Positions 16,862-23,538 of a stretch of 24,017 nucleotides of DNA are shown piece by piece. Numbering within the stretch: the first letter of the stretch is position 1; every line of letters begins with the position of its first letter. The notes under the pieces are model-generated. The model saw nothing but the letters and a program-made list of their open reading frames with translations, searched no databases and was not told where the DNA came from. The stretch is taken from assembly GCA_020445565.1 (NCBI GenBank), contig JAGRGI010000157.1, forward strand, positions 1 to 24,017, written 5' to 3'. A program made the position numbers and the translations under genes. Source of the DNA: Chromatiales bacterium (GTDB lineage: Bacteria > Pseudomonadota > Gammaproteobacteria > JAGRCI01).

Positions 16862-17700
16862 CCAAAGACGAAGCAAGGGAACTTGCCGAGAAGTTTCTTC
16901 GGGAGATGTTGGCCTACAACGTGGAACACGAGATTTGGCCGGCCGAAAACGCTGTGATAAGGCGAATGCTTAATCGGCGTGAACCATATTGGCCAGAACT
17001 TCCAAAATACTACGCGGCCGTATATGGGCCGCTGCTTACAACCGAAGGAAATCGAGTCATGGAGGCAATGGTCTCCGCCGTCGTTGCCTTCTCGATCAGC
17101 AATACTACCCAGCTCAGAAACCAGTTGAAGATAGCCGCTGCGCTGTCGGAAGAGATCGCCCAACATGCAGCCGAAATTGCCCGGCTCATTAGGGAGCGGG
17201 TGGAAAATTGCCCTGACGTATCGCAGCCACCGGGATGTCACCCGTTAAACCTAATCGAGCTGGCTGCCGAATGCTCCGGCACTCGGTTCAGGTTCGAAAG
17301 CTGGGTAAGACCAGCACTACGGAAGGCCCGATCCTTCGATTCGAGGTACTGGCCGGACATACCTGAACTGTTGGAAGCGCTGGCGAAAATGGAGCTGGAT
17401 CACCGCCACGAATTGTTGTGCATGCCGTTGGCCGCCGCTGTATATGTGAACCGCGAGTCAGCGGCTGATGTTGTCCGCGTGGTGCTAGCCTGCTTGGACG
17501 AACTGATACTGGAAACCAGATACAGCGGTGGCGAGTTGTGCAGGGCGAACCCGGCCGCGCTCAAACTATCCAACGCGGCGATTGCTGCATTCCTGAATGG
17601 AACAATCTCGCCGGAACAGCCATTTACGGAAGAAAGCGTACGGAAGCGCCGCAAAGATTACGACACGAGGATTCGCGATTCCCTGTTCGGTATCGAATAG
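16858..17700 (+). CDS. hypothetical protein (280 aa), translationally coupled to int; candidate accessory cargo
   Basis: GTG start overlaps the int stop (GTGA). No recognisable motif. GC markedly lower (~50-55 percent by eye) than the host-like genes. Confidence 0.5.
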   Translation: MTKDEARELAEKFLREMLAYNVEHEIWPAENAVIRRMLNRREPYWPELPKYYAAVYGPLLTTEGNRVMEAMVSAVVAFSISNTTQLRNQLKIAAALSEEIAQHAAEIARLIRERVENCPDVSQPPGCHPLNLIELAAECSGTRFRFESWVRPALRKARSFDSRYWPDIPELLEALAKMELDHRHELLCMPLAAAVYVNRESAADVVRVVLACLDELILETRYSGGELCRANPAALKLSNAAIAAFLNGTISPEQPFTEESVRKRRKDYDTRIRDSLFGIE

Positions 17701-17706
17701 GCAGGC

Positions 17707-17759
17707 GGACACTCGCCGCCCCAAAATAAATTTTAGTGTCCGGGACGGGGCCGGACACT
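17707..17759 (+). promoter_or_regulatory. GGACACT / AGTGTCC / GGACACT repeat set flanking an AT-rich box upstream of the xis-primase-helicase operon
   Basis: GGACACT (17707-17713), inverted AGTGTCC (17735-17741), GGACACT (17753-17759), with AAAATAAATTTTA between. Looks like an operator/promoter. Confidence 0.3.
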
Positions 17760-17831
17760 CGCCCGCACCATGCGCCGTACCGACGCCAAAAGACGCGCGT
17801 CATTCATGTAACGACACTTTGAGGCGCAAAA

Positions 17832-18065
17832 ATGAATGCTTCCCCGCGCAAGTGGCGCTCCGTAGCCGCACTCGCCGAAGTCATTAACAACGGAGCTGAA
17901 CACAAAACCCTGACCGACCATGCAATTCGGCATCTGGTCCGCAAGGCGGATACGAACGGTCTTGATGAACACGTTCGCCGGCTTGGGCGGAAGGTCCTTA
18001 TCGATGAGAACGGATTTCGGAATTGGCTGGATCGGACCTTGGCCGGCAATAGTCGGCCCGCCTGA
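17832..18065 (+). CDS. AlpA/Xis-family excisionase-like small DNA-binding protein
   Basis: 77 aa. GAGG 7 nt upstream. MerR-like/excisionase HTH pattern (KTLTDHAIRHLVRKADTNGLDEHVRRLGRKVLIDENGFRNWL). Its stop overlaps the next start (TGATG). Confidence 0.65.
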   Translation: MNASPRKWRSVAALAEVINNGAEHKTLTDHAIRHLVRKADTNGLDEHVRRLGRKVLIDENGFRNWLDRTLAGNSRPA

Positions 18066-18739
18066 TGGATCCCGAAAATGATCACGCCCGCCCCGGTGAC
18101 CAGACCGGGAGCGGGAGCGGGCGCGGATATAGCGATACTGGATGTGCGACCGGCAATCGAGATCATACCGCGCGCAGCTCCGCCAAGCCAAGCCGTGGTG
18201 CCTTCCGGCACGATTGGCTTCGCGCTCCCGCAGACTATTACGAATCCGAAGGGCTACGGTTGGTCGGCGCGGGGCCTTGGCGCTCGGGGCTGTGCGTCTT
18301 CCACGACGAAACCACCGAATCCCTGCGCGTCAACATCGAACACGGCGGTTATCGCTGTATGGGCTGTGGTGAAACAGGGGGCGATATCCTGGCGTTTCAC
18401 ATGGCGCGCTACGGACTGACCTTCGTCGAAGCCGCGAAGGCTCTGGGGGCGTGGGACGAAGGAGCGGCCGCGCCGCCGCGCCAACCTCAGCCGTTCGGCA
18501 TGTCTCCCGCCGAGTTGGATGACGTGTTGTTCATCGAGCTGCATGTGCTCTTGCAGTGTGTCTCCCGTCGTCGATCTGATCGGCTCTCCCCGCGACTGGG
18601 GCCGATGCCGCCCGAGTGGCGCGCGGAACCGCCCGCTTCTGGCTATTGGCCGCGCGAATTGAAGGCCGCGACCCGCGTCGAGAAATTGTTGGGGGCAATC
18701 TACAGTGACGAACTCCGGGGGGTGTCGCCGTGTCGATGA
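18065..18739 (+). CDS. DNA primase CHC2-type zinc-finger domain protein (no recognisable TOPRIM catalytic domain)
   Basis: CVFHDETTESLRVNIEHGGYRCMGCGETGGDILAFHMARYGLTFVEAAKAL is the zf-CHC2 signature of DnaG/P4-alpha primases. Low-complexity Gly/Ser N-terminus. ATGA overlap with the helicase gene. Confidence 0.7.
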   Translation: MDPENDHARPGDQTGSGSGRGYSDTGCATGNRDHTARSSAKPSRGAFRHDWLRAPADYYESEGLRLVGAGPWRSGLCVFHDETTESLRVNIEHGGYRCMGCGETGGDILAFHMARYGLTFVEAAKALGAWDEGAAAPPRQPQPFGMSPAELDDVLFIELHVLLQCVSRRRSDRLSPRLGPMPPEWRAEPPASGYWPRELKAATRVEKLLGAIYSDELRGVSPCR

Positions 18740-19971
18740 GCCTGGACGAACAGCACCGCCGCTTGGATCGTGTGGCGGAAAAAACGGCGCGGCTGGATTC
18801 GGATGAAACACCCAGAGCCGAACGGGCAAACGCAGCTACTACCGGCCAAGTATCCACAGGTGCGCTGCTGGATGAGGATGACGGGCCGTCGCCCCCGGCT
18901 CTCGCAAGCGAATCATGGGCCACCCTCGCGGCGCGAGAGTTTGGGCCGGTCCGCTGGATCGTCGAGGACTACCTGCCGCCGGGTGTCACGCTACTCGTCG
19001 CGCCACCCAAGGCCGGGAAGTCCTGGATGGTGCTGTCCATCATCCTCTTGGTACTGGCGCGCCGGCCCGTGTGGGGACGGCGCACCTGCGGGGGCGAGGC
19101 CCTGTACTTGGCGCTGGAGGATTCGGCGCGGCGACTCCAGGCCCGGACACGGACACTCCAGCGTATCCACGGTCTGGTGGATGACGACATCCGAGGGTTC
19201 CGACACGCGCTCGATGCGCCCCGTATGGACCGGGGTCTGGATGCGGTGCTGGTGGACCACATGGACCGCTACCCGGATACCCGCCTGGTCGTCATCGATG
19301 TGCTGGCGCGGGTCCGCCGACCGCGCAACCCCAGCGAGGGCATGTACGACTGGGACTACATGACCACCGGCGCATTCCGGGAGCTGGCCGCGCAGTACCC
19401 CGCCCTGGCCATCATCCTGGTGCACCACGCGAACAAGTCGGGGGACGATGGACTGACCGCCGTCAGCGGCACCCACGGGCTGGCAGCCGGCGCCGATAAC
19501 GTGCTCACGATCATGCGGACAGCCAACGGCCCCGAACTGCACATCCACGGGCGGGACATCGCGGACAGCGAGCCGATCCCGCTGCCCCGGGATGAGGCTG
19601 GTATGTGGACGCTGGAGTCCCGCGATAGCGCCACGGCCGCGCAGATGAGCGACACGCGGGCGTTGATTCTCGATGCGATACGGGCCGGCGCCGAAACCCC
19701 GAAGGAGATCGCGGCAGAGGCGGACCTGGCACAGACGACCGTGGACGCACAACTGCGCCGCCTGCGCAAACAGGGTGAGGTCATTCAGCCGGCGCGGGGA
19801 AGCTACGCGCTACCGCCGGATACTGATCCATACGCCCCCCGTACCTACCCCCCCCATATGGATAGTATGGAGAGTATGGGAGGTGACCATATCGCCCCGC
19901 CCGTCCATACGGTCCATACCGTCCATACGGGGGGAGGGGTAGAGGATGGTATGGACGGGGAGGCTTTCTGA
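18736..19971 (+). CDS. RepA/DnaB-like P-loop ATPase (AAA_25-type replicative helicase module) with C-terminal winged-HTH and a repeat-encoded tail
   Basis: Walker A APPKAGKS, Walker B LVVIDVLARV, LVHHANKSG. C-terminal wHTH (ILDAIRAGAETPKEIAAEADLAQTTVDAQLRRLRKQGEV). The tail ...MDSMESMGGD...VHTVHTVHTGG is dictated by DNA iterons. Start taken at ATG 18736 (ATGA coupling). Confidence 0.75.
   Translation: MSLDEQHRRLDRVAEKTARLDSDETPRAERANAATTGQVSTGALLDEDDGPSPPALASESWATLAAREFGPVRWIVEDYLPPGVTLLVAPPKAGKSWMVLSIILLVLARRPVWGRRTCGGEALYLALEDSARRLQARTRTLQRIHGLVDDDIRGFRHALDAPRMDRGLDAVLVDHMDRYPDTRLVVIDVLARVRRPRNPSEGMYDWDYMTTGAFRELAAQYPALAIILVHHANKSGDDGLTAVSGTHGLAAGADNVLTIMRTANGPELHIHGRDIADSEPIPLPRDEAGMWTLESRDSATAAQMSDTRALILDAIRAGAETPKEIAAEADLAQTTVDAQLRRLRKQGEVIQPARGSYALPPDTDPYAPRTYPPHMDSMESMGGDHIAPPVHTVHTVHTGGGVEDGMDGEAF
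19828..19928 (+). repeat. inverted arrays of 9-bp-period iterons inside the helicase 3' end; candidate replication origin
   Basis: TCCATACG (19828), then ATATGGATA / GTATGGAGA / GTATGGGAG (19856-19880), a degenerate CCATATCG, then GTCCATACG / GTCCATACC / GTCCATACG (19903-19929). That is three direct repeats facing three inverted copies of the same 7-mer. Confidence 0.6.
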
Positions 19972-19973
19972 TC

Positions 19974-20303
19974 ATGGATCCCCTCGAAGAGCTGACCGCA
20001 GCCGGCCTGACGCTGACCGCCAAGGGTACGTGCCTGATCGCCACTCCCCGTGCCCGGATTACCGACCGCTGTCGCGAACTGATTCACCGGCACAAACCCG
20101 AGTTGCTGGCCCTCCTGTCTCCGGGCCCGTTACCCGTTCGCGAGGGGCGGTCAATCGGTCGCTGGCTCGCCCACATCGGCGAGAACGACCCACAGACCCG
20201 CGCCGACGTGCTGGCGCAGTGCGAACGGGATATCTCTGCGAGGACTTACTTCCTGGCGCGGGCTGCCGAGGTGCGGCCTGCGGGGGAATGTCGTGGCCGT
20301 TGA
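19974..20303 (+). CDS. hypothetical protein (109 aa)
   Basis: ATG 3 nt after the helicase stop. No motif recognised. Confidence 0.45.
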   Translation: MDPLEELTAAGLTLTAKGTCLIATPRARITDRCRELIHRHKPELLALLSPGPLPVREGRSIGRWLAHIGENDPQTRADVLAQCERDISARTYFLARAAEVRPAGECRGR

Positions 20304-20382
20304 GTTTTGTCGCGGCCTATCGAATTTGGGCGACCGGCTTTGGGTCCTTCCCCCGAAAAAGCCGGCACACGAGCGCGTAGAT

Positions 20383-20404
20383 CGCGGATTTTCCGCCTTT
20401 TTTT
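20383..20404 (+). terminator. probable rho-independent terminator
   Basis: GCGGA-TTT-TCCGC followed by CTTTTTTTGG. Confidence 0.4.
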
Positions 20405-20436
20405 GGCCCTATGTGGGGGTGTCCATGTCTGTTGGT

Positions 20437-20550
20437 GGGTTTTATGCCCTGTAACTGCTGGTTTTCACTTGGTTTTTTAACCCATAGATGGGCGCGCCGA
20501 AATAGCCATGGTTTGCGGCGGCTGGCCTATCCGAGATTGGAGGTTTTTTT
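20437..20550 (+). repeat. cluster of TGGTTTT direct repeats in the intergenic/promoter region
   Basis: TGGGTTTTA (20437), CTGGTTTTCAC (20458), TTGGTTTTTTA (20469), ATGGTTTGCGG (20508), GGAGGTTTTTTT (20539, which includes the RBS). Confidence 0.3.
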
Positions 20551-21039
20551 ATGTTCGAGTGCCTGAACAAGCCGGCCACGCAACGCGAGTTCGGCGACCT
20601 GATCGGCATCGCAAAACAGAACGTCTCCAAGGCATTCCTGGCGGGCGCCCTGCCGCCCGGCGGGACCCTGCGGGACTGGTTGCTGGCCTATTGCGACCGG
20701 TTACGGGGTGTCGCCGACGTGCGGGGCGGCGACGACCAGCGGGCGTTGACTCGCGCCCGGACGGAACTGGCTCTGACCGACGCCGAGGGAAAACGGCGCG
20801 CCCTGCTCCGCGAGGCCGACCGCCTGGCGGAGGTGGAATGGGTGCGGGAGGCCCTGGACGGCTGGGAGTCCGTCGGGCTGGCCTCCCTCGCAAAAGCTGA
20901 AGAGCGGATGGCTGCCGAACTGGCATCGCGAGGTGTCGAGGATGTCGGGTTCATCCGTGAGGCCCTGCGGGCGGTCACCGAAGAACTGGCAACACGCCCG
21001 GCGCCCCTCCAACGCACGCGAGAGGAGCCCGCGCCATGA
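20551..21039 (+). CDS. N-terminal HTH protein with charged coiled-coil C-terminus; possibly phage small-terminase-like (Nu1-type) or a regulator
   Basis: GGAGG 7 nt upstream. N-terminus NKPATQREFGDLIGIAKQNVSKAFLAGALPPGG is an HTH. Ala/Arg/Glu-rich helical remainder. The terminase assignment is by architecture only. Confidence 0.5.
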   Translation: MFECLNKPATQREFGDLIGIAKQNVSKAFLAGALPPGGTLRDWLLAYCDRLRGVADVRGGDDQRALTRARTELALTDAEGKRRALLREADRLAEVEWVREALDGWESVGLASLAKAEERMAAELASRGVEDVGFIREALRAVTEELATRPAPLQRTREEPAP

Positions 21040-21380
21040 AGCCCAAACGCAAGGGGCGGTCGCTGCCGGTCTATCCCGTCCGCCTGCATACCCTGGCGGA
21101 ACTGTTCTGCCTGGACCTGGACCGGCTGCCGGACGGGTCCGTGGGCGTCCGCTTTCGGCGGGGGGTTTCTGCTCAGACGCGCAACCGCGTGGTGAGGCAG
21201 TTATTCCCGCCGGCCGCTGGGGCACCCCCGACAAGCTGCCCGCTGCCCCATACCCCCAGGCTACGGACCATAGCGGGTAGGATCGCCCGAAAAAATCTGA
21301 CTCCATTGGAGCGCGCCCGCCAGATCATCGACGAGATGGCGGAATGTCCCGGCGCGTGTGATCGCCGAGACACCCTGTAA
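21036..21380 (+). CDS. hypothetical protein (114 aa), ATGA-coupled to the upstream gene
   Basis: Start overlaps the previous stop. Basic N-terminus. No motif recognised. Confidence 0.45.
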   Translation: MKPKRKGRSLPVYPVRLHTLAELFCLDLDRLPDGSVGVRFRRGVSAQTRNRVVRQLFPPAAGAPPTSCPLPHTPRLRTIAGRIARKNLTPLERARQIIDEMAECPGACDRRDTL

Positions 21381-21407
21381 CCCCAACACTACCGAGAGGT
21401 ACCGGAA

Positions 21408-21974
21408 ATGACGAAAGAACTCGACCAAGCCACCGCCGATGTGATGGCTATCGCCGTGAAACTGAAGGCCGCTCGTGATCGCCGCAGGGCAATGACCGAG
21501 CGGCGTGAAACGGCTGCCGCCAAGTTGGTTACTGCCGTTGCTGACAAGGACCAAGCCGTAGTCCGCTACGCCACTGGGGAAATTGACGAAACCGAACTGG
21601 AGGGCGCAACGAAGTCCGTCCGCCTGCTGGAGGCTGAAATTGAGGGCTTGGACGCGACCTTGACCGCGATTGAGGGCGTGATTGAAGGGTTGGAATCCGA
21701 TTGCAAAGAACCCGAGGAGCTGGCCCTGCGTAGTTTCTGGGCTGCATGGGAGGAGGAGGCCAAGAAGGCCGAAGCGCGGCTTCTGAACGCGATGATGGAA
21801 CCGGCTCTGCACGCATGGGCTGCGTACAAGACCCGGCACCACAGAAGCTACGGCGGAACCCTCTCGTTTGCCGAGTACATCGAAAACCTGTGTCGCAAGG
21901 CCAACATCCGCGAGCCCAAGTTGGGCAAGGTCCAATTGCCGACGGTGGCCCCGACGGCATCCAATGTGATCTAA
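21408..21974 (+). CDS. hypothetical acidic coiled-coil protein (188 aa)
   Basis: GAGAGG RBS 8 nt upstream of ATG. Glu/Ala-rich heptad-like sequence. No motif recognised. Confidence 0.5.
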   Translation: MTKELDQATADVMAIAVKLKAARDRRRAMTERRETAAAKLVTAVADKDQAVVRYATGEIDETELEGATKSVRLLEAEIEGLDATLTAIEGVIEGLESDCKEPEELALRSFWAAWEEEAKKAEARLLNAMMEPALHAWAAYKTRHHRSYGGTLSFAEYIENLCRKANIREPKLGKVQLPTVAPTASNVI

Positions 21975-21988
21975 CGGCGCTTGGCGCC

Positions 21989-22075
21989 AACGTTTAAGGC
22001 GAGCCGCGCGGGGGCTCCCGTCCCTCAACACCTCCGGGGGCGGGAGGCAGCCACCAGCCGTGCGGCTCGCCGCCT
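21989..22075 (+). repeat. structured hairpin repeat unit 1 (candidate ncRNA or protein-binding hairpin)
   Basis: AACGTTTAAGGCGAG CCGCGCGG ... loop CAACACCTCC ... CCACCAGCCGTGCGGCTCGCCGCCT. 14-bp outer stem GGCGAGCCGCGCGG / CCGTGCGGCTCGCC (one G-U pair) plus an inner stem. Confidence 0.5.
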
Positions 22076-22107
22076 ATCCCACGTGATGTGCAATTCTGCG
22101 CATCGCA

Positions 22108-22193
22108 AACGTTTAGGCGAGTTGCGCGGGGTCACTACCCGCAGTAACACCTCCCGGAGTGGTGACCGCCACCAGCCGCGCAACTCGCCGCCT
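22108..22193 (+). repeat. structured hairpin repeat unit 2 (diverged copy with compensatory stem changes)
   Basis: AACGTTTAGGCGAG TTGCGCGG ... inner stem GGTCAC/GTGACC ... loop TAACACCTCC ... CCACCAGCCGCGCAACTCGCCGCCT. The CC to TT change in the 5' arm is matched by GG to AA in the 3' arm. Confidence 0.5.
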
Positions 22194-22222
22194 CTTCCAT
22201 GCCGGTTTCCAGGGTTTACCCC

Positions 22223-22249
22223 TGCGATCGTTGCGATTCTTGCGATCAT
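22223..22249 (+). repeat. three tandem 9-bp iterons (TGCGATCGT / TGCGATTCT / TGCGATCAT) overlapping a -35 box
   Basis: Read directly from the sequence. Confidence 0.5.
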
Positions 22250-22268
22250 TGGGGACCTGGCGTACTCT
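22240..22268 (+). promoter_or_regulatory. putative sigma70 promoter (TTGCGA - 17 nt - TACTCT)
   Basis: -35 at 22240-22245 lies inside the third iteron. -10 at 22263-22268. Confidence 0.4.
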
Positions 22269-22274
22269 CAAGCT

Positions 22275-22349
22275 GTCCCCGACGCATCGGGGCCGGGATT
22301 ACCACCCCGGTTCAGACCAGAAGGCCGAAACCGCTTTGGCGGTTTTTTC
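22275..22349 (+). ncRNA. candidate ~75-nt sRNA or attenuator (promoter, two hairpins, intrinsic terminator)
   Basis: Hairpins CCCCGACGCATCGGGG and CCGGGATTACCACCCCGG, then the terminator AACCGC-TTTG-GCGGTTTTTT. Followed by a further structured leader (GGCCGTCTTCGGACGGGCC with a UUCG tetraloop, and a repeated GATTACCACC motif) before the next CDS. Confidence 0.3.
22327..22349 (+). terminator. rho-independent terminator
   Basis: AACCGC-TTTG-GCGGTT followed by TTTTTT. Confidence 0.55.
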
Positions 22350-22502
22350 GTGCTCGCCGTTTATTTGGCGGGACGTGTGGGGCCGTCTTCGGACGGGCCG
22401 GCATCCTTCTGGGCCGGTTGTGGTAACCCCGCACGGACCGCCACCCTTCCCGATTACCACCGGGCGTGGCGGTTACACTTCAACCAGAAGGAGACCGACA
22501 AC

Positions 22503-22961
22503 ATGACCCAGCAGTCATACCGTATCACCGGCCGCGAACCCCTGGCCTACAGACTGACCAAGGACCGCCACGGCAACCCGCTGGCCACGATTGAAAACTT
22601 CCCCGGTTTGCACGCGGACCTGACGCCAGACCAATTGCGGGACTTTGCGCTGGCACTGACCGCAATCAGCTACGAAAGCCAGCACCCGGAAACGCACCTG
22701 GGTTCCGTGCCGCTCACGCGGGATGTGCTGATCGAAGCCACCAACTATGCTGACATTGGGCAATCCGTTTTCTCGCTGCTGGGTGCGTTGTTTACCGCGA
22801 TCCGTGCGGACCTTCCAGACTACTCGCAGGGCAACAAGTTGGCAGCCATCGGGGAAGATAGGTGCGAAGCGTATTGCGCTGTTTTCGAAGGGCAATCGGA
22901 GACACTAACCGCCGCACTGAAAGCCGCGTCAAAGCCGCAACGGGAGGGCGAAGCGCGGTGA
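22503..22961 (+). CDS. hypothetical protein (152 aa)
   Basis: ATG at 22503 with AAGGAG 9 nt upstream. The upstream part of ORF 21981..22961 is the structured non-coding region. A perfect hairpin GATACCG-agatcc-CGGTATC overlaps the stop. Confidence 0.55.
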   Translation: MTQQSYRITGREPLAYRLTKDRHGNPLATIENFPGLHADLTPDQLRDFALALTAISYESQHPETHLGSVPLTRDVLIEATNYADIGQSVFSLLGALFTAIRADLPDYSQGNKLAAIGEDRCEAYCAVFEGQSETLTAALKAASKPQREGEAR

Positions 22962-23157
22962 TACCGAGATCCCGGTATCACACGCATCCCTCGCGCGGGG
23001 GGCGGGGCCAAAGCCTTGACGGGCTTGGCCCCAAAGCAGGAATTCCCGCTTTGGGGCCAAGGGCCAGTGGCCGGTACTCGCCTCAAACTTGGTGAGTGAA
23101 TTCACGGTTGACCACGAAAAGCCAAACACGGCATCAACAATCGGGAGATACCGAACT

Positions 23158-23358
23158 ATGGCCTTGGGCTGGATCTTCATAGCGCTTTACGTCGCCACCG
23201 CGATTTCCCTGTGGTGGCTCGCTCACCCGTTGGTGACGGTTGTAATGCTGGCCCTACTGGTTCGCTTCATCTACCGCGTGGTCACCGGCAAGGCGGACAT
23301 GCGCACGGGCGGGGGGACTTGGCTGAACGCCTGGACCTATCGGTCGCCCGAAAGGTAG
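23158..23358 (+). CDS. small two-TM membrane protein (66 aa)
   Basis: ATG at 23158 with GGGAGA 10 nt upstream. Two hydrophobic helices (LGWIFIALYVATAISLWWLA; LVTVVMLALLVRFIY). Preceded by inverted repeats GGCCCCAAAGC...GCTTTGGGGCC (23029-23060). Confidence 0.5.
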   Translation: MALGWIFIALYVATAISLWWLAHPLVTVVMLALLVRFIYRVVTGKADMRTGGGTWLNAWTYRSPER

Positions 23359-23377
23359 TTGCCGCCAGACGAAATTA

Positions 23378-23400
23378 AAAACCGGTAGATCTTCGGTTTT
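23378..23400. terminator. bidirectional intrinsic terminator hairpin (AAAACCG...CGGTTTT)
   Basis: AAAAACCG-GTAGATCTT-CGGTTTT. Confidence 0.55.
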
Positions 23401-23413
23401 GAATCCAACCAAC

Positions 23414-23438
23414 AAGCCCGCCGCTGTGCGGGCTTTTT
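23414..23438 (+). terminator. rho-independent terminator (hairpin family member shared with 15393, 13356 and 13688)
   Basis: AAGCCCGC-CGCTGT-GCGGGCTTTTT. Confidence 0.55.
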
Positions 23439-23446
23439 CGTGGTCG

Positions 23447-23538
23447 GGTACCAGTAGGTACCACTTCAGGAAACGCGACTACCAAGCCTGCGCCGGTAGC
23501 CGGGTACCAGCGGGTACCAATTTGGGTACCACTTGAGG
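23447..23538 (+). promoter_or_regulatory. five GGTACCA arm-type direct repeats between the island genes and the tRNA att site (putative integrase/Xis arm-binding sites)
   Basis: GGTACCA at 23447, 23457, 23503, 23513 and 23525. Two occur as GGTACCACTT(C/G)AGG. Confidence 0.4.

Noticed and set aside
21989-22193. CRISPR array or type III toxin-antitoxin RNA repeat interpretation of the two hairpin units
   Set aside because: Only two units, 119-nt period, ~60 percent identity and no spacer-like unique inserts of regular size. Type III antitoxin repeats are short (~35 nt) and near-identical. An integron attC-like (structure-conserving hairpin DNA) reading was considered, but there are no GTTRRRY/RYYYAAC core boxes and no IntI.
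21981-22502. N-terminal 174 codons of ORF 21981..22961 (326 aa)
   Set aside because: This stretch spans the hairpin repeats, iterons, promoter and terminator. The only RBS-supported start is ATG 22503. The upstream part is a chance open frame in structured GC-rich DNA.
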